Shown here in pieces: positions 12,214 through 24,145 of a stretch of DNA of 64,000 nucleotides. The DNA is from an uncultured bacterium (lineage in GTDB: Bacteria; Babelota; Babeliae; Babelales; Babelaceae), in contig CAWFXL010000001.1 of the NCBI GenBank assembly GCA_963819815.1, forward strand, positions 1 to 64,000, in the 5' to 3' direction. The notes below the pieces were generated by a model. That model was not told the DNA's origin. It worked only from the letters and a program-made list of their open reading frames with translations, and ran no database searches. Numbering within the stretch: the first letter of the stretch is position 1; each line of letters begins with the position of its first letter. The translations under genes and the position numbers were made by a program.

Positions 12214-12934
12214 TCGGCCAGGACAACCGCAACATTGCCGACCAACCAATCGGCAATCGTGCCGTCTGATCGCCGTAGCCCTCGCTCAAGGCCCTGGCGC
12301 TTCAAGGCTGCATGCCAAAGTGCTGTCGCTGTCGAGTTGACGGGCAGCCCGTTCTTCTTGGCGTTCTCAGCGCAGTAAGCGGCGCATCTGCGGACGACCC
12401 CCTGCTGCGAGATCGACGTGAAGCCAGGGACCTCCTCGGGCGGCCCTTCGATCATCAATGCCAAGCGCCAGCGCCAGCGAAACAGGGCCGTCGAATTGGC
12501 GTGGCTGCGGGTGAGCGTCGGCGGGCCGGATGAGGAGCAATTCCATTGGTAGGCTGTAGGTCGTCCAATGGCAGGCAGCATAATTTGCGACTTGGGCGAC
12601 CGTCTCGCTGGCCTGTGGATAGGACTGGCTCCTATAGGTGCCCAATGAACTCCTGAGAAGCCTGTAGGAAGCGCGCGGAAGCCTTGCGGGAACTATGGAA
12701 GGCGGGAAATCGGCCTTCTGGAAAGGCCCGTTTTATCGAGGTTTCTAGGGCCTCAGTTTCGACAAATCGCCGTTTCGTGACCCAGACACTGCGGAGCCTT
12801 TTGGCGGGCCTGAGGAAGCCCAGGGGAAGCCCGTGGAGTTCATTGTGGTCATTGGGAGCCATTGGGCGAACAACGGGCTCCCTGGCGGGCGGGCGAATGA
12901 GATAAGCTGTCGTCCTCGTGATCGGGGATGGCTG

Positions 12935-13918
12935 ATGAGACGGCGCGAGTTTATCGCGGGATTAGGTGGCGCGGCGGCGTGGCCATTCTTGACGCAGGCG
13001 CAGACCGAGGGTGTGCCAAAAGTCGGGTTTCTCGGTGGAGGATCACCTGACACATCGGCCTATCTCCTAGCCGCCTTTCGGCGAGGACTGAGCGACAGCG
13101 GTTTTATCGAAGGCCAGAATGTTGCGGTTGAGTATCGTTGGGCTCAAGGACACTTTGATCGTTTGAACGCGCTCGGAGCGGAACTAGTCGAGCGCAAGGT
13201 CGCTGTCGTCGTGGCGAGCGGCTCGGCTACCCCCGAGTTGGTCAAATTGGTTTCGGCAAGTGTGCCGATGGTCGCGGTATTTCCAGGTGATCCAGCCAAA
13301 TCTGGTCTGGTCGCAGGTCTTAATCGCCCAGGCGGCAACATTACGGGCGTCAACATGTTCGCCTTCGCTCTTGGGGCTAAACGCTTTGAACTGCTGCATG
13401 AGTTGGCTCCGCAGGCGAAGCTGATCGCGGTTCTAGCAAATCCGAGTATGCCATCCCCAGACGCAAAAAATGACCTCCAAGAAGTTGAAGAAGCGGCGCG
13501 TGGACTAGGACAGCAACTGGCAGTCTTACGTGCTACGAGCGAAAACGAGTTCGAGCCAGCATTTGTCGATATGAAGGAACGAGGTGCGGACGCATTGCTG
13601 GTGATGGCCGATCCCTACTTTAATAACAGGCGGGCACAAATCGTAGCGTTGGCGGCCCGCCATGCAATTCCAGCAATTTACGAGTGGCGCGAGTTTGCGA
13701 CCATTGGCGGCCTGATGAGTTACGGCAGCAGTATCACGGATGCCTATTACCAATTAGGAGTTTACACGGCGAAGATCATCAAAGGGGACACACCCGCCGA
13801 TCTACCAATAATTCAAACGATCAAGGTCGAATTGGTCCTGAACTTCAAGACCGCCAAGGCGCTTGGATTGACGTTTCCACTTTCCTTGATCGGCCGCGCC
13901 GACGAGGTCATCGAATGA
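12935..13918 (+). CDS. ABC transporter substrate-binding protein (ABC_sub_bind), Tat-like signal
   Basis: MRRREFIAGLGGAAAWP...GFIEGQNVAVEYRWA...LNRPGGNITG...GGLMSYG...RADEVIE. Confidence 0.92.
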   Translation: MRRREFIAGLGGAAAWPFLTQAQTEGVPKVGFLGGGSPDTSAYLLAAFRRGLSDSGFIEGQNVAVEYRWAQGHFDRLNALGAELVERKVAVVVASGSATPELVKLVSASVPMVAVFPGDPAKSGLVAGLNRPGGNITGVNMFAFALGAKRFELLHELAPQAKLIAVLANPSMPSPDAKNDLQEVEEAARGLGQQLAVLRATSENEFEPAFVDMKERGADALLVMADPYFNNRRAQIVALAARHAIPAIYEWREFATIGGLMSYGSSITDAYYQLGVYTAKIIKGDTPADLPIIQTIKVELVLNFKTAKALGLTFPLSLIGRADEVIE

Positions 13919-14892
13919 GACGACGCGAGTTCATTGGAGCTTTCGGTGGTGCTTTGGTTTGGCCAATGTTGGCGCAGGGTCAACAGGCGACCCGAATGGC
14001 CACGGTAGGATGGCTTACGGCACAACAGGCCAGCAGCCTTACGCCTTACATAGATGCGCTCCGTGCTGGATTTGCAGAACTCGGTTACATCGAAGGTCGT
14101 AACCTTGCGATTGTATTTCGCTACGGCGATGACGCTCTTGAGCGTGTACCTGAGCTTGCCAGGGAGCTTGCCCGCATCCCGGTTGATGTCATGATGGTGC
14201 AAGGCGCAGCCGTACCCATTGTCAGCAAGTTGGGACTGAGCGTTCCGCTCGTCTACGTGTTCAGCGGCGACCCGGTGTCCGCTGGATTTGCCGACAGCCT
14301 CGCCCGCCCACGCGGGAACATGACCGGCCTGACCTTCATGGCGGCCAATCTCAATGGAAAGCGGTTGGAGATGTTGCGGGAGATCATGCCGGACCTGCGG
14401 CGGGTCGCCATCATCGCCAATCCTGAACACCCCGGCGAGCAGATCGAGCGGGGGTATTCGGAAGAAGCGGCGCAACGGCTGGGCCTGGACCTGGGCTATT
14501 TTCCCACAACAAACCATGACGAATTGGCCCGTGCCCTAGCAAAGATGGATGGCGATCCACCACAAGCTATTTCTTTGTTCGCTGACGGCTTCGCGATAGA
14601 GAACCGCCAGACGATCATAGATTTCGCAATGGCGCATCCCATACCAGTCGTGTCAGGCTGGCCGATCTTTGCCAAAAGCGGCGCGCTCTGTACGTACGGA
14701 CCTCGGCTTGTAGCCTCGTATCGGCGCTTGGCTTACTACGTTGATCGTGTTCTGAAAGGTACGAAGCCTGCTGATCTTCCGATTGAGCAACCCATCACAT
14801 TCGAGCTTGTAGTTAACCTGCGGACAGCAAAGACCCTCGGCTTGACGGTTCCTACAGCATTGCTGGCGCGTGCCGACGAGGTCATTGAATGA
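13915..14892 (+). CDS. ABC transporter substrate-binding protein (ABC_sub_bind), Tat-like signal
   Basis: MRRREFIGAFGG...GYIEGRNL...SLARPRGNMTG...KPADLPIEQP...RADEVIE; ATGA overlap with the previous gene. Confidence 0.92.
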   Translation: MRRREFIGAFGGALVWPMLAQGQQATRMATVGWLTAQQASSLTPYIDALRAGFAELGYIEGRNLAIVFRYGDDALERVPELARELARIPVDVMMVQGAAVPIVSKLGLSVPLVYVFSGDPVSAGFADSLARPRGNMTGLTFMAANLNGKRLEMLREIMPDLRRVAIIANPEHPGEQIERGYSEEAAQRLGLDLGYFPTTNHDELARALAKMDGDPPQAISLFADGFAIENRQTIIDFAMAHPIPVVSGWPIFAKSGALCTYGPRLVASYRRLAYYVDRVLKGTKPADLPIEQPITFELVVNLRTAKTLGLTVPTALLARADEVIE

Positions 14893-15100
14893 GGCGGCGC
14901 GAGTTCATAGCGGGCGTCGGGAGCGCGCCCGCCAGTTCGTCGGCGGTGAGTGCCAAGTCGTCGCAGCATTTTCACGCGACGAAACACCCGATCATTAAAG
15001 CCTTTGATCCACCAGAGGGGTGGGGCTGGTGTGAGGTCGACGAACTGATGTTCGATCTTTCGGCCGAGAGACACCGCATTTGGGGCCGATTGCGCGATTA
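14889..15100 (+). pseudogene. Chimeric remnant: MRRREF leader fused to the C-terminal piece of a UBP-type zinc-finger-like protein
   Basis: MRRREFIAGVG followed by HFHATKHPII..FDPPEGWGWCEVDE. Confidence 0.55.
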
Positions 15101-17733
15101 TTTAGGTGCCGCGAGGCGATGGACGTTTAACGCGTCGGCCGCGAGCCGGGGCCTGAAGCGCGACAGGTATGGCGCTGTTCGGCTTATGGACGATCCAGCG
15201 ACCTTGGCGGGCGTGCCGAACGCCACCAAATGACCGCCTTCATCACCTGCACCAGGGCCGATATCTATGACCCAGTCGCCGCCGGCGGCAACGCGCATGT
15301 CGTGCTCCACCACGATGACAGTATTGCCGGTTTCGACTAGCCCGTCGAGTTGTGCGATGAGCTTCTCGACGTCAGCCGGATGCAGTCCGGTGGTGGGCTC
15401 GTCAAGGACGTAGAGCGTTTGGCCACGTTGATCCGCTGTAGCTCTGTGGCAAGCTTGATCCGCTGGGCCTCGCCGCCGGAAAGCTCCGTCGCTGGCTGGC
15501 CAAGTCGCAGATAGCCGAGGCCAACCTGCCGCAGCACATCGAGGGACCGGCGCACCTGTGCCTCCTCCGCAAAGAACACGAAGGCGGCATCGACCGTCAT
15601 TGCCAGTACGGCGGCGATGTTCTTGTCGCGGTATTTTATTTCAAGGGTTTTGGCGTTGTAGCGAGCGCCATGACAGCTTGGGCACGGTGCATACACGGTG
15701 GGCAGGAACAGCAATTCGACGCAAACAAAGCCTTCGCCCTCGCAGGTCTCGCAGCGGCCTTTGCCAACGTTGAAGGAAAAGCGTCCAGCGTCGTAGTGAC
15801 GGGCGCGCGCCGACTTGGTGGCCGCGAAGATCTTGCGAACGTAATCGAACAGCCCTGTGTACGTCGCGAGGTTGGATCGCGGAGTGCGTCCGATCGCCTT
15901 TTGGTCGACGACCACCAGTCGCTTGACGCCCTCCATTCCGCTCGCGATCCGGCCGCCGAGTGTGGTCACGACGGTCCGCTCAAGTTCGTCGCCTTCATCG
16001 TCGATGGAGGGGATGTGATGGCCGAGTTGTTTTGCAACCAATTCCACCAGGACCTGGCTCACCAGGCTCGACTTGCCCGAGCCGGAAACGCCAGTCACGG
16101 TGGTGAATACTCCCAACGGAAAATCGACATCGAGTTCATGTAGGTTGTTGCGACTGACGCCACGCAGACGCAACCAGCCCTTGGGCGAGCGCGGCGTTCG
16201 GTTTGGCACAATGTCGTCGCCGAACAGGTAACGGCGGGTTTGCGATTGCTTCTACCTGCTTGAACCCTTGCAGCGGACCGCTGTAGAGCACGTGGCCACC
16301 GAGTTCGCCGGCAGCCTGGCCCGACGTCGACAATCCAATCCGCGTGGCGGATCACATCGATCTCGTGTTCGACCACGAACAATGAATTGCCGGAGGCTTT
16401 CAATCGGTCGAGCGCCGTCAACAGCGCCTCGGTATCCGCGGGATGCAGTCCGGCGGACGGCTCGTCGAGCACGTAGACGACGCCGAACAGATTGGAACGC
16501 ACTTGGGTTGCCAGTCGCAGGCGCTGCAGTTCGCCCGGAGAAAGCGTCGGGGTACTTCGCTCCAGCGATAGATAGCCAAGCCCGAGGTCAAGCAGAACCG
16601 TGATCCGGCCGCCGAGATCCTCGGCGATTCGCTGCACCACCAGCGCCTTCTCCGGATGCTCCGCCTTAAGCTGGTCAGGGTAGCGGCGGTGGCCTCCGCA
16701 TGCGGACGCAAGAGGTCGGCGAGCCTGGTCAGCGGGATCTGGAGATGTCGGCAATATCGAAGCCGGCGAACTTGACCGACAGCGATTCGCGGCGAAGCCG
16801 CTTGCCATGACAGAGCGGGCATTCGGTACTTACCATGTAACGCGATACCCGCTTCTTGATCGACGCGCTTTCAGTGGTGGCAAAGGTGTTCAGTACATAT
16901 CGCCTGGCGCTGGAGAAATTGCCGCGGTAACTGGGCTCCTCCTTGCGTCTGATCGCCCGTCGCGCCTCGTCCGCGTCATACCCGATGTAAACTGGGACCA
17001 CCGGATGCTCGTCGGTAAACAGGATCCAATCGCGGGCTTTTTTCGGCAATTCGCGCCACGGACGATCGACGTCGTAGCCGAGCGTAATCAGCATGTCGCG
17101 CAGGTTGCCGCCATGCCAGGCGGGCGGCCAAGCGGCAATCGCGCGCTCGCGAATGCTTTTGGAAGCGTCCGGCACCATCGAGCTTTCGGTCACCTCGTAG
17201 ACCCGACCGAGCCCATGGCATCGGGGACAGGCTCCGGCCGGCGTATTGGGCGAAAAAGCCTCGGCATCGAGATGCGCCTTGTGTCGTGAATAATCCCCGG
17301 CGCGCGAGTACAGCATGCGAAGGAGGTTGGACAGCGTCGTCACGCTGCCGACGGAAGAGCGCGTGGTGGGCGACCCGCGCTGCTGCTGCAAGGCTACGGC
17401 AGGCGGCAGGCCATCGATTTCGTCAACCTCGGGAACCGCCATCTGGTGAAACAAACGCCGCGCATAGGGTGAGACGGATTCGAGATAACGCCGCTGCGCC
17501 TCCGCGTAGAGCGTGCCGAACGCCAGCGACGATTTGCCGGAGCCGGACACGCCGGTAAACACCACCAGGGCATCGCGGGGAATGGCTAGATCGATGCTTT
17601 TCAAATTGTGCTCGCGTGCTCCCCGCACGCAGACGAAGCCGCGCGGAGACTTTTCCGCGGCTTCTAGAAAACGAGGCTCATTGGTTTCCACATTTGCACA
17701 AACCGGACAAGCAGAGCGAAGTTCCGAAGACAA
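15098..17733 (-). CDS. uvrA: UvrA-family ABC ATPase (class II UvrA / DrrC-like); frameshifted
   Basis: RGAREHNLK, two Walker A motifs [18 protein letters not shown] and LSGGEAQR signatures, CxxC zinc fingers, [11 protein letters not shown]. Confidence 0.9.
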
Positions 17734-17964
17734 TGATGGTCATCGATCCGCGCAGCGATCGGCCTCGTCGCAGCCGCATCCCTGCGGCGCAGATCAACGC
17801 GCTCCCGAAGCTGCAACGCCGCCTTGCCAAAGGGCAGAAAGGAGTAGCTGCGTCGCCGCCCCTAGTTGGGTGACTGCGCCGGATTGCTTGAGAGCCAGTC
17901 CGCTTCTTTCGGCAAGGCGCTTCGAATCAGCGAGACCGCATCCAGCGCGACCAGCCATGAGCGG

Positions 17965-18550
17965 GAAACGGAGTAATAGGCGAACCTTCCGTCGGGAGCG
18001 ACGCGCATATCGTTCAGGTAGCTGGCCGGACCAGCTATCTCCGCACTCATCGGAAAGATTCGCTTCACGTTGTTCGACTTAAGATCAATCTCGACGACCT
18101 TGGGTCCACCCTTCACTGTCTTCTCGGCATTTGGAGCCGCCGGATCAACGACCCAGAGTGAACCGCGTTGGTCAGCAACAACGCTTTGAACGGAAACAAA
18201 ATGATCATTAGGCGACATTGCGGACATAAGCGCGTTACGCCAGGCGTTCCATTCTTCATTCGGGTATGGCTTTGTCGATCCATCTGGCATGAGTTCGGCC
18301 ACCGAAACCGGCGCATCTTCGGTCCAGCGCGGGAAGTTCACGAATATGCGGCCGTCTGGCGCGACTGTGACTCCGGTCACCTGATGGTCGAACGTAGCGA
18401 CGGCTTGCAGCCGTCTGTCGTGTTTTTCAACAAGGGGAGCGACAAGCCGCTGTGCCTTAGACGCAATATCTTGTGTTGCGGATTGCGCATGACACCGGTC
18501 GAAATGGATAGCAGGACTGCCACGCAAGAGCCGAAGAGCATTGAACGCAT
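17965..18550 (-). pseudogene. Major royal jelly / Yellow-like (SMP-30-type beta-propeller) protein, 3'-truncated
   Basis: QVTGVTV..DGRIFVNFPRW, KPYPNEEWN, FVSVQSVV.D..GSLWVVD and SYLND; homology lost after DGRFAY. Confidence 0.72.
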
Positions 18551-18685
18551 GATGTCGTCCTATCGACGAGAATGTTGGGCTAATCTCGTCTTTCTGAGAT
18601 CGTTCCCTACACTGGGCTAAACTTTATCGCCGTTCAACCAGCGCGGCACACAACGTTGTCGGCCGATGCGTCCTCGAGCGCGGGG

Positions 18686-19467
18686 TCGACTCCCTTCACG
18701 GCGGGGATCGACATGATCGCGGCGCCGATGCGACCGTCGAGCTTGCGGTCCCACGACACGTGCGAGCCGAGCCCGACGGGCAGCCCGTCGACGACCACCT
18801 CGCAGATGCCGCCGAGCGTGTTGCCCGCTCGCTTGATCTCGTCGATGTAGGCGATCATCCGCGCCTCGGCGTCGGCAGTCGAGCGTGCGCAGCGGCGACG
18901 CGTCGGCGGCGGCGTTGAGGTCGCGCGGGCATCGCCGACGGACGCACGGCGTCGATGCCGCCCAGGTGCACGAGGTGGCTGCCGATGCGGACGCCGAACT
19001 CCTGAGGAAACGCTTACAGACGGCGGCGGCGGCGACGCGCGCCGTGGTCTCGCGCGCCGACGCGCGCTCGAGAATGTCGCGCGCGTCGTCGCGGTCGTAC
19101 TTGAGCATGCCGGTGAGGTCGGCGTGGCCGGGGCGCACGCGCGTCACGGCGCGTTGCGGCGCGGCGGCGCCTCGGCGTCCGCCGCGGGCGCCGGATCCAT
19201 GATCTCCTGCCAGTTCTTCCAGTCGCGATTCTGGATGAGCATCGCGATCGGCGAGCCGAGCGTCTCGCCGGCGCGGACGCCGGAGAGGAATTCGATCGCG
19301 TCCTTCTCGATCTGCATGCGGCGTCCGCGGCCGTAGCCCTGCTGGCGGCGCACAAGTTCGGCGTCGACGTCGTCGGCGAGCAGCGGCAGGCCCGCGGGCA
19401 TTCCTTCGAGAATGCTGACGAGTGCTGGGCCGTGCGACTCGCCGGCGGTGGTGAATCGAAGGTGCAT
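18686..19467 (-). CDS. aroC: Chorismate synthase, 3'-truncated at a junction; frameshifted
   Basis: [51 protein letters not shown] and SIPAVKGV. Confidence 0.93.
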
Positions 19468-19486
19468 CGTGGAAGGGTAAACAGTA

Positions 19487-19517
19487 AGACGGCGCGCGTG
19501 AACCACGCGCGCCGTCT
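19487..19517 (-). terminator. GC-rich hairpin, probable terminator/processing site after the pil operon
   Basis: Perfect 14-bp stem AGACGGCGCGCGTG-AAC-CACGCGCGCCGTCT just past the stop of the large lipoprotein gene. Confidence 0.6.
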
Positions 19518-19525
19518 CGGGACTG

Positions 19526-22112
19526 CTACAAACCGGGCATCACGGCGGTCCTGGCTTGATGTCGTTGGCCGTGAGGTCGATCACCACCAGGCCCTGCGGG
19601 CTCACGGCGTACAGCTTCATCACGACACTCGGGCGGATCTCCCGGCATCGGACCACTCGCCCGCAGCGGGCCATAGATCGGTGTTCTTGAGCTGCAGCTT
19701 GCCGCGATTGATGTAGTAGGCGATGTCGACGATCTCGATGACACCGCTCGCTCGCGCCGACGAACGCGAGGCGCTGACGTCATCTGGCGTGCAGGATGCC
19801 GTCGGCGCTCGGATGGAAGGTGATGCCGGCGCCGTTGTCGAACGAGTCGTACTTGCCCTGCAGGCGCAGGTGGAACGGATCGCTGACCGTCGCGAAGAAC
19901 GACTGCGACCCGTGCGACGCGACCGTGCCGCCGGTGTAGTCGAGCGCCAATCCGAAGACCTGTTCCGACGCGTTGTCCGTGAGATCGGAGATCGTGACGA
20001 GCGGCGAGAAGAAGTTCGGCACCGGGCCGATGGAGTCGGCGACCATGATGACGCGACCCGCAGCCGGTCTTGTGGCCTTCACCGAAGGCGATCCAATTGC
20101 GGTTGCCGCTCGCAGCCGCGAACGTGGTGTCGGTCAGGGGCAGCGTGGCGACGTCGAGGCGCAGCACCGCCTCTGCGTCGCTGCCGCCCGCGACGGCCGC
20201 GGCGACGGCGTTCAGGGAATGGTGTCGGAGACGGCGATCAGTACCCGTCCTCTGGCCGTACGGATGGTCCCAGATGAACAGCGTGTCGGACGTCGACGAC
20301 GAGGGCAGCGTGGCGCCGATCGCGATCGAGTCGACGTTGAACAGCGCGTACGTCTGATTCCGTCGACTTGATGACCGTGCCGTACTGCCAGATCTGGCGC
20401 GGATCCGGAACCGGCAGGCTCGGATCGAGCCAGCGAATGCGTTCCCGCCGGCGCAGTGACCGTGGGACGCGTGGAGTAGAAGATGCGACCGCCCTTGGAC
20501 TGCGCGAGGTACTGCGGGCGATCGGAGTAGCTGAACGGTCCGGCGCCGGTCAGGCGGATCTTTCCGGTGTTCTCGTCCTTCTGAACCGTGATCGTGAAGA
20601 CGTACGTGTTACGCGTGAGAATACGATTCGGAAGATCCTCGCGGAGTACTTGACGCATCCGTCGATCCGATGAACACGCGGCTGATGTTCGTACCGCCAG
20701 AGTTGGCGACGAGCAGCGTATCAGGATTGTTGGAGATGGAGAGGCCCCACGGGAGCGAGCCGACCGGAATGCTCGCCGGCGAGAAGCCCTTCGCCTGCGC
20801 CGAGCTCTGCCAGACGTCGAGCAGATTGAACGCCGTGTTCGAGAGGAACACGTTTCCGCGCGTGGCATCGACCGCGATGTCGCCGATCGTTCCCTGCTGC
20901 GGCAGCGCGTAGGTCCGGCCATAGACGACGAGCGTCGAGTCGACCAAGCGCCGCGTTGATGTCGCCTTCCGGCGTTCCTCGACGTCGGCCGGCACTGCGT
21001 AGCCGACGCGTCCCGCCTGATCGACGGCGAACGCGGTGATGCCGAAGCTTCTTGCCCTGCTGTGACGGCGGCAAGCGCGAGCGCGACGCTCGCTTGCACG
21101 TTGGCGTTGAACGGCGCCGGCAGCGTGACGGTGTCGCGCTGAATGATGGTGTTCGGTGCTGAATCGCGAATGATCAGACCGACGGTCGTGATGCCCTCGC
21201 CGGTGGCGCGGACGATGACCGAGTCGGAGTACTCGCTCTTGGGCAGAACCGTTTGCGTCACGCGCGGGCTGCGCGGCGTTGGCGCTGCGCACGAACACCG
21301 CGACCGGCGAGGCCGATCCAGGCTGGCGGTCGACGTCGATGGCGGTCGCGGTGACGGTGATCCGTGCCGCGGAGCGGCGCGTTGATCGGAATGCGCGCCA
21401 CCGCCGTGAACGTGATGTCTCGGGGGTTGGTGGTGTAGACCTGCGTGAACGACGTATCGAGCTTGGTCGGCCAGTTCGCCTCGCCCGTGCACACGAATGT
21501 CGATGCGACCCACACCGTTCGGATGCTGCGCACGCGCCGACGACGTTCAGGCCGACGCCCGGCGGGAATGCTGTCACCGTTCGTCGGAGACGACGACGGT
21601 CACTTTCGGACCGGCGACGATCTCGATGCGATGCGTCACCGTGTCGGCACCGCCGTGCGAATCGGTCGCGATGACGACGATGACGAGACTGTCGAGCGTC
21701 GTGTCTGCGAGGTTCGCCGGCTGCAGATAGCGGCGGATCGTCGTGTCGCGAAGTCCCGGACCGGAAGCTACCCGGTCGCCGGAATCGGACACTGCTTGTA
21801 GCGCGGCGTCTGCGTGAACGTGCCGAGGTCGGTGCTGCCCGTCTCCGTCACGCCCGCGATGGTCGCGTTCTTGAGCGACTTGGTGTCGTGCAGCCGGACG
21901 GTGACGAGGACGGAGTCGCCGACGTTGATCAACGTGCCGACGACCGGCGAGTCGATCACGATCGAGGGCGCCGTCGTGCTGGACGTCGGCGACGACGGAG
22001 ACGAGCCCACCGAAGTGGGAATGGTAGTCGCCGTTGGGGTTCGCGTGTCGCAACTCGCGACGAGCATGACTCCCGCGGACAACGCGGCTAGACGAATGAG
22101 AACAGGTCGCAT
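19526..22112 (-). CDS. Large (~860 aa) putative lipoprotein with Ig-like N-terminal region and beta-propeller-like C-terminal region; frameshifted
   Basis: Lipobox-like LVASC; Thr/Val-rich beta strands; YVTN-like [11 protein letters not shown]...[16 protein letters not shown]; pieced together from several frames. Confidence 0.62.
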
Positions 22113-22133
22113 CGTATTACTCCGGAAGCCCGA

Positions 22134-24145
22134 TTACTGACGGTTGTCGGGCTGCTGCCCGTCATCGATGATGTGCGGCGTGATCAGGATGAGGAGATCG
22201 CGCTTCGTCTCCGTCCGATTGGTCACGCCAAAGAGTCGGCCGATGATCGGGAGATCGACGAGTACGGGGATACCCGACTTGCTGATGCTCACCGTGGTCT
22301 GGGTCAAACCACCCATGACCGTCGTCTCGCCGTCAGCGACGAGCACTTCGTTGTCGACCTTCTGCGTCGGAAAGACGGCGCCGACGTCGTTCGCTTGGAA
22401 CTGCACGTCGGAGTTCTCGACGTGGACCTTCATCTGCATCTGACGATTCGCCGTGATCTGCGGCGTCACGGTGAGGATGACGCCCGTCTGCTGCATCGTC
22501 GACGGTGGCGCGCGGCGCGTTGCTCGTCGTTGCCGGTCGACGATCCTGCGTCGATGACGCGGATCGGCACCTGCGTGCCGGCCGTCAGGTTCGCCGTGCG
22601 ATTGTTCAACACGCTCATGCTCGGCTCGGCCTGAATGTCGAGCAGGGTATTCGTCTGCAGCGCTTCGAGGAACGTGGTGAAGTCGTAGTTCCCCATCGCC
22701 GTCGAGTAGACGAGCTGCAACGCGGCGCCCGGAACGCGGGCCGAGGCGTTGGCGATCGCCGAGACGGCGTTGCCGCCGAGCAGAATCTGTCCAGCGTCGG
22801 TCAGCGGCTTGCCGGCCGAGTCGAGACGCGGAACGATGTCGTTGAAGAACTGTGACTTCGAACCGATGTCGTAGCGGAGGCCGAGACCCTCGAGGGTCGA
22901 ACGATCGACGAGGATGATCTTGGCCTTGAGGTTGACCTGTGGCTGGCGGAGATCGAGGCTCTTCGCGTACTCGACGAGCTCGCCCAGCGCCTGCGGGATG
23001 TCGGTGATGCTGATCGAATTCGTGATCGTGTCGGCCGTGACCGTGCCGCGCGTCGGGCAGGCGAAGCTCTGAATCGAGCCAGGCGCCTGCGGGTTCGCCG
23101 ACTGGGCAGCCGCCGCCGCGCCCACCGCGGCGCAGGTACGCGTGAGGCGCGCAGCAACCATTTCCTTCACGCCGGCCGCACGTGAGTAGTTGAGGCGCAC
23201 GGTGCGGTTTGCCAGCGGAATGGTCGCCTGGCGCGCCGCGATCGCTTCATATGTGTCGATGACGATGACGCCGTCCGGGTTGACCGAGACGTCGTAGCCG
23301 TTGGCATTCATGATCTCTTTCAGCGCCACGTCCCACGGAAGGTCGATGATGCTCGCCGTCACTTTGCCGGTGACGTTCTTCGACGGGAGGATGGTGCGGC
23401 CGGTGAAGGCGCCGAACATCGCCAGCACGTCGGCGATCGAGGCGTCTTCCCAGTTGTTCGTGATGTGTGCTTCCTGGCGCTGCTGGCGAATCTGCGTCGC
23501 CGTGCGCGTGTCGTGCGATGCGAACGCGAGCTCGCGACGCGGCGTCGAGTCGATCACGATCGTCGGCGCTGGCGTTTCCTTCTGCACCGGGATCGGAACG
23601 ACCACTTCCTTCACTGCCGGCGCGGACGGCGCCACACTCGGCTCGCTGGCGACTCGCTTCGGCGCCGAGACCTCGCGCACCGTGCTCGTCGTGCTCGCCG
23701 AGCCGACCTGCCACGGCTCGAACTTGTCGGCCGACGCGTCGACGCTGATTTTCAGCTCGCCGTTGTCGTTCGACACCGTATAGGCATGCGGCGCGTCGAG
23801 CGTGAACACGACGCGGACGATCGTCTTCGTGAACTGTGAGTAGCGGATGCGCGTGATACCGCCGCGCGCAACGCCATCGTACGCGTCGCCGTCGGGCAGA
23901 CCAAGCGTGGCGCCGGCGACATCGACGCACGATCTTGTCGGGCTTCACGAGCGTGAAGTGCTTGAACGTGATCGAGCCATCGACGCGAACGACGACGTCA
24001 GCCCGTCCAGTCCGCGGCACGCACGCTCAGCGAGACTGACGGTCGCGTCATTGAAGGTCGGAGTTGCCGGTGCGGCAGCGGAGCGACCTCCGATCGCGCC
24101 GAACGCAGCAAGCATCGCCGAGGCGAGCGTCCGGATTGGAATCAT
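22134..24145 (-). CDS. pilQ: Type IV pilus secretin with AMIN domain; frameshifted
   Basis: PWDVALKEI, LDLRQPQVNLKAKI, TGVILTVTPQI, VADGETTVMGGL, GIPVLVDLPIIGRLF and LLILITPHI. Confidence 0.92.

Noticed and set aside
12186..12905. Short overlapping ORFs between DUF1330 and the substrate-binding genes
   Set aside because: No recognisable motifs or consistent coding signal; probably remnants.
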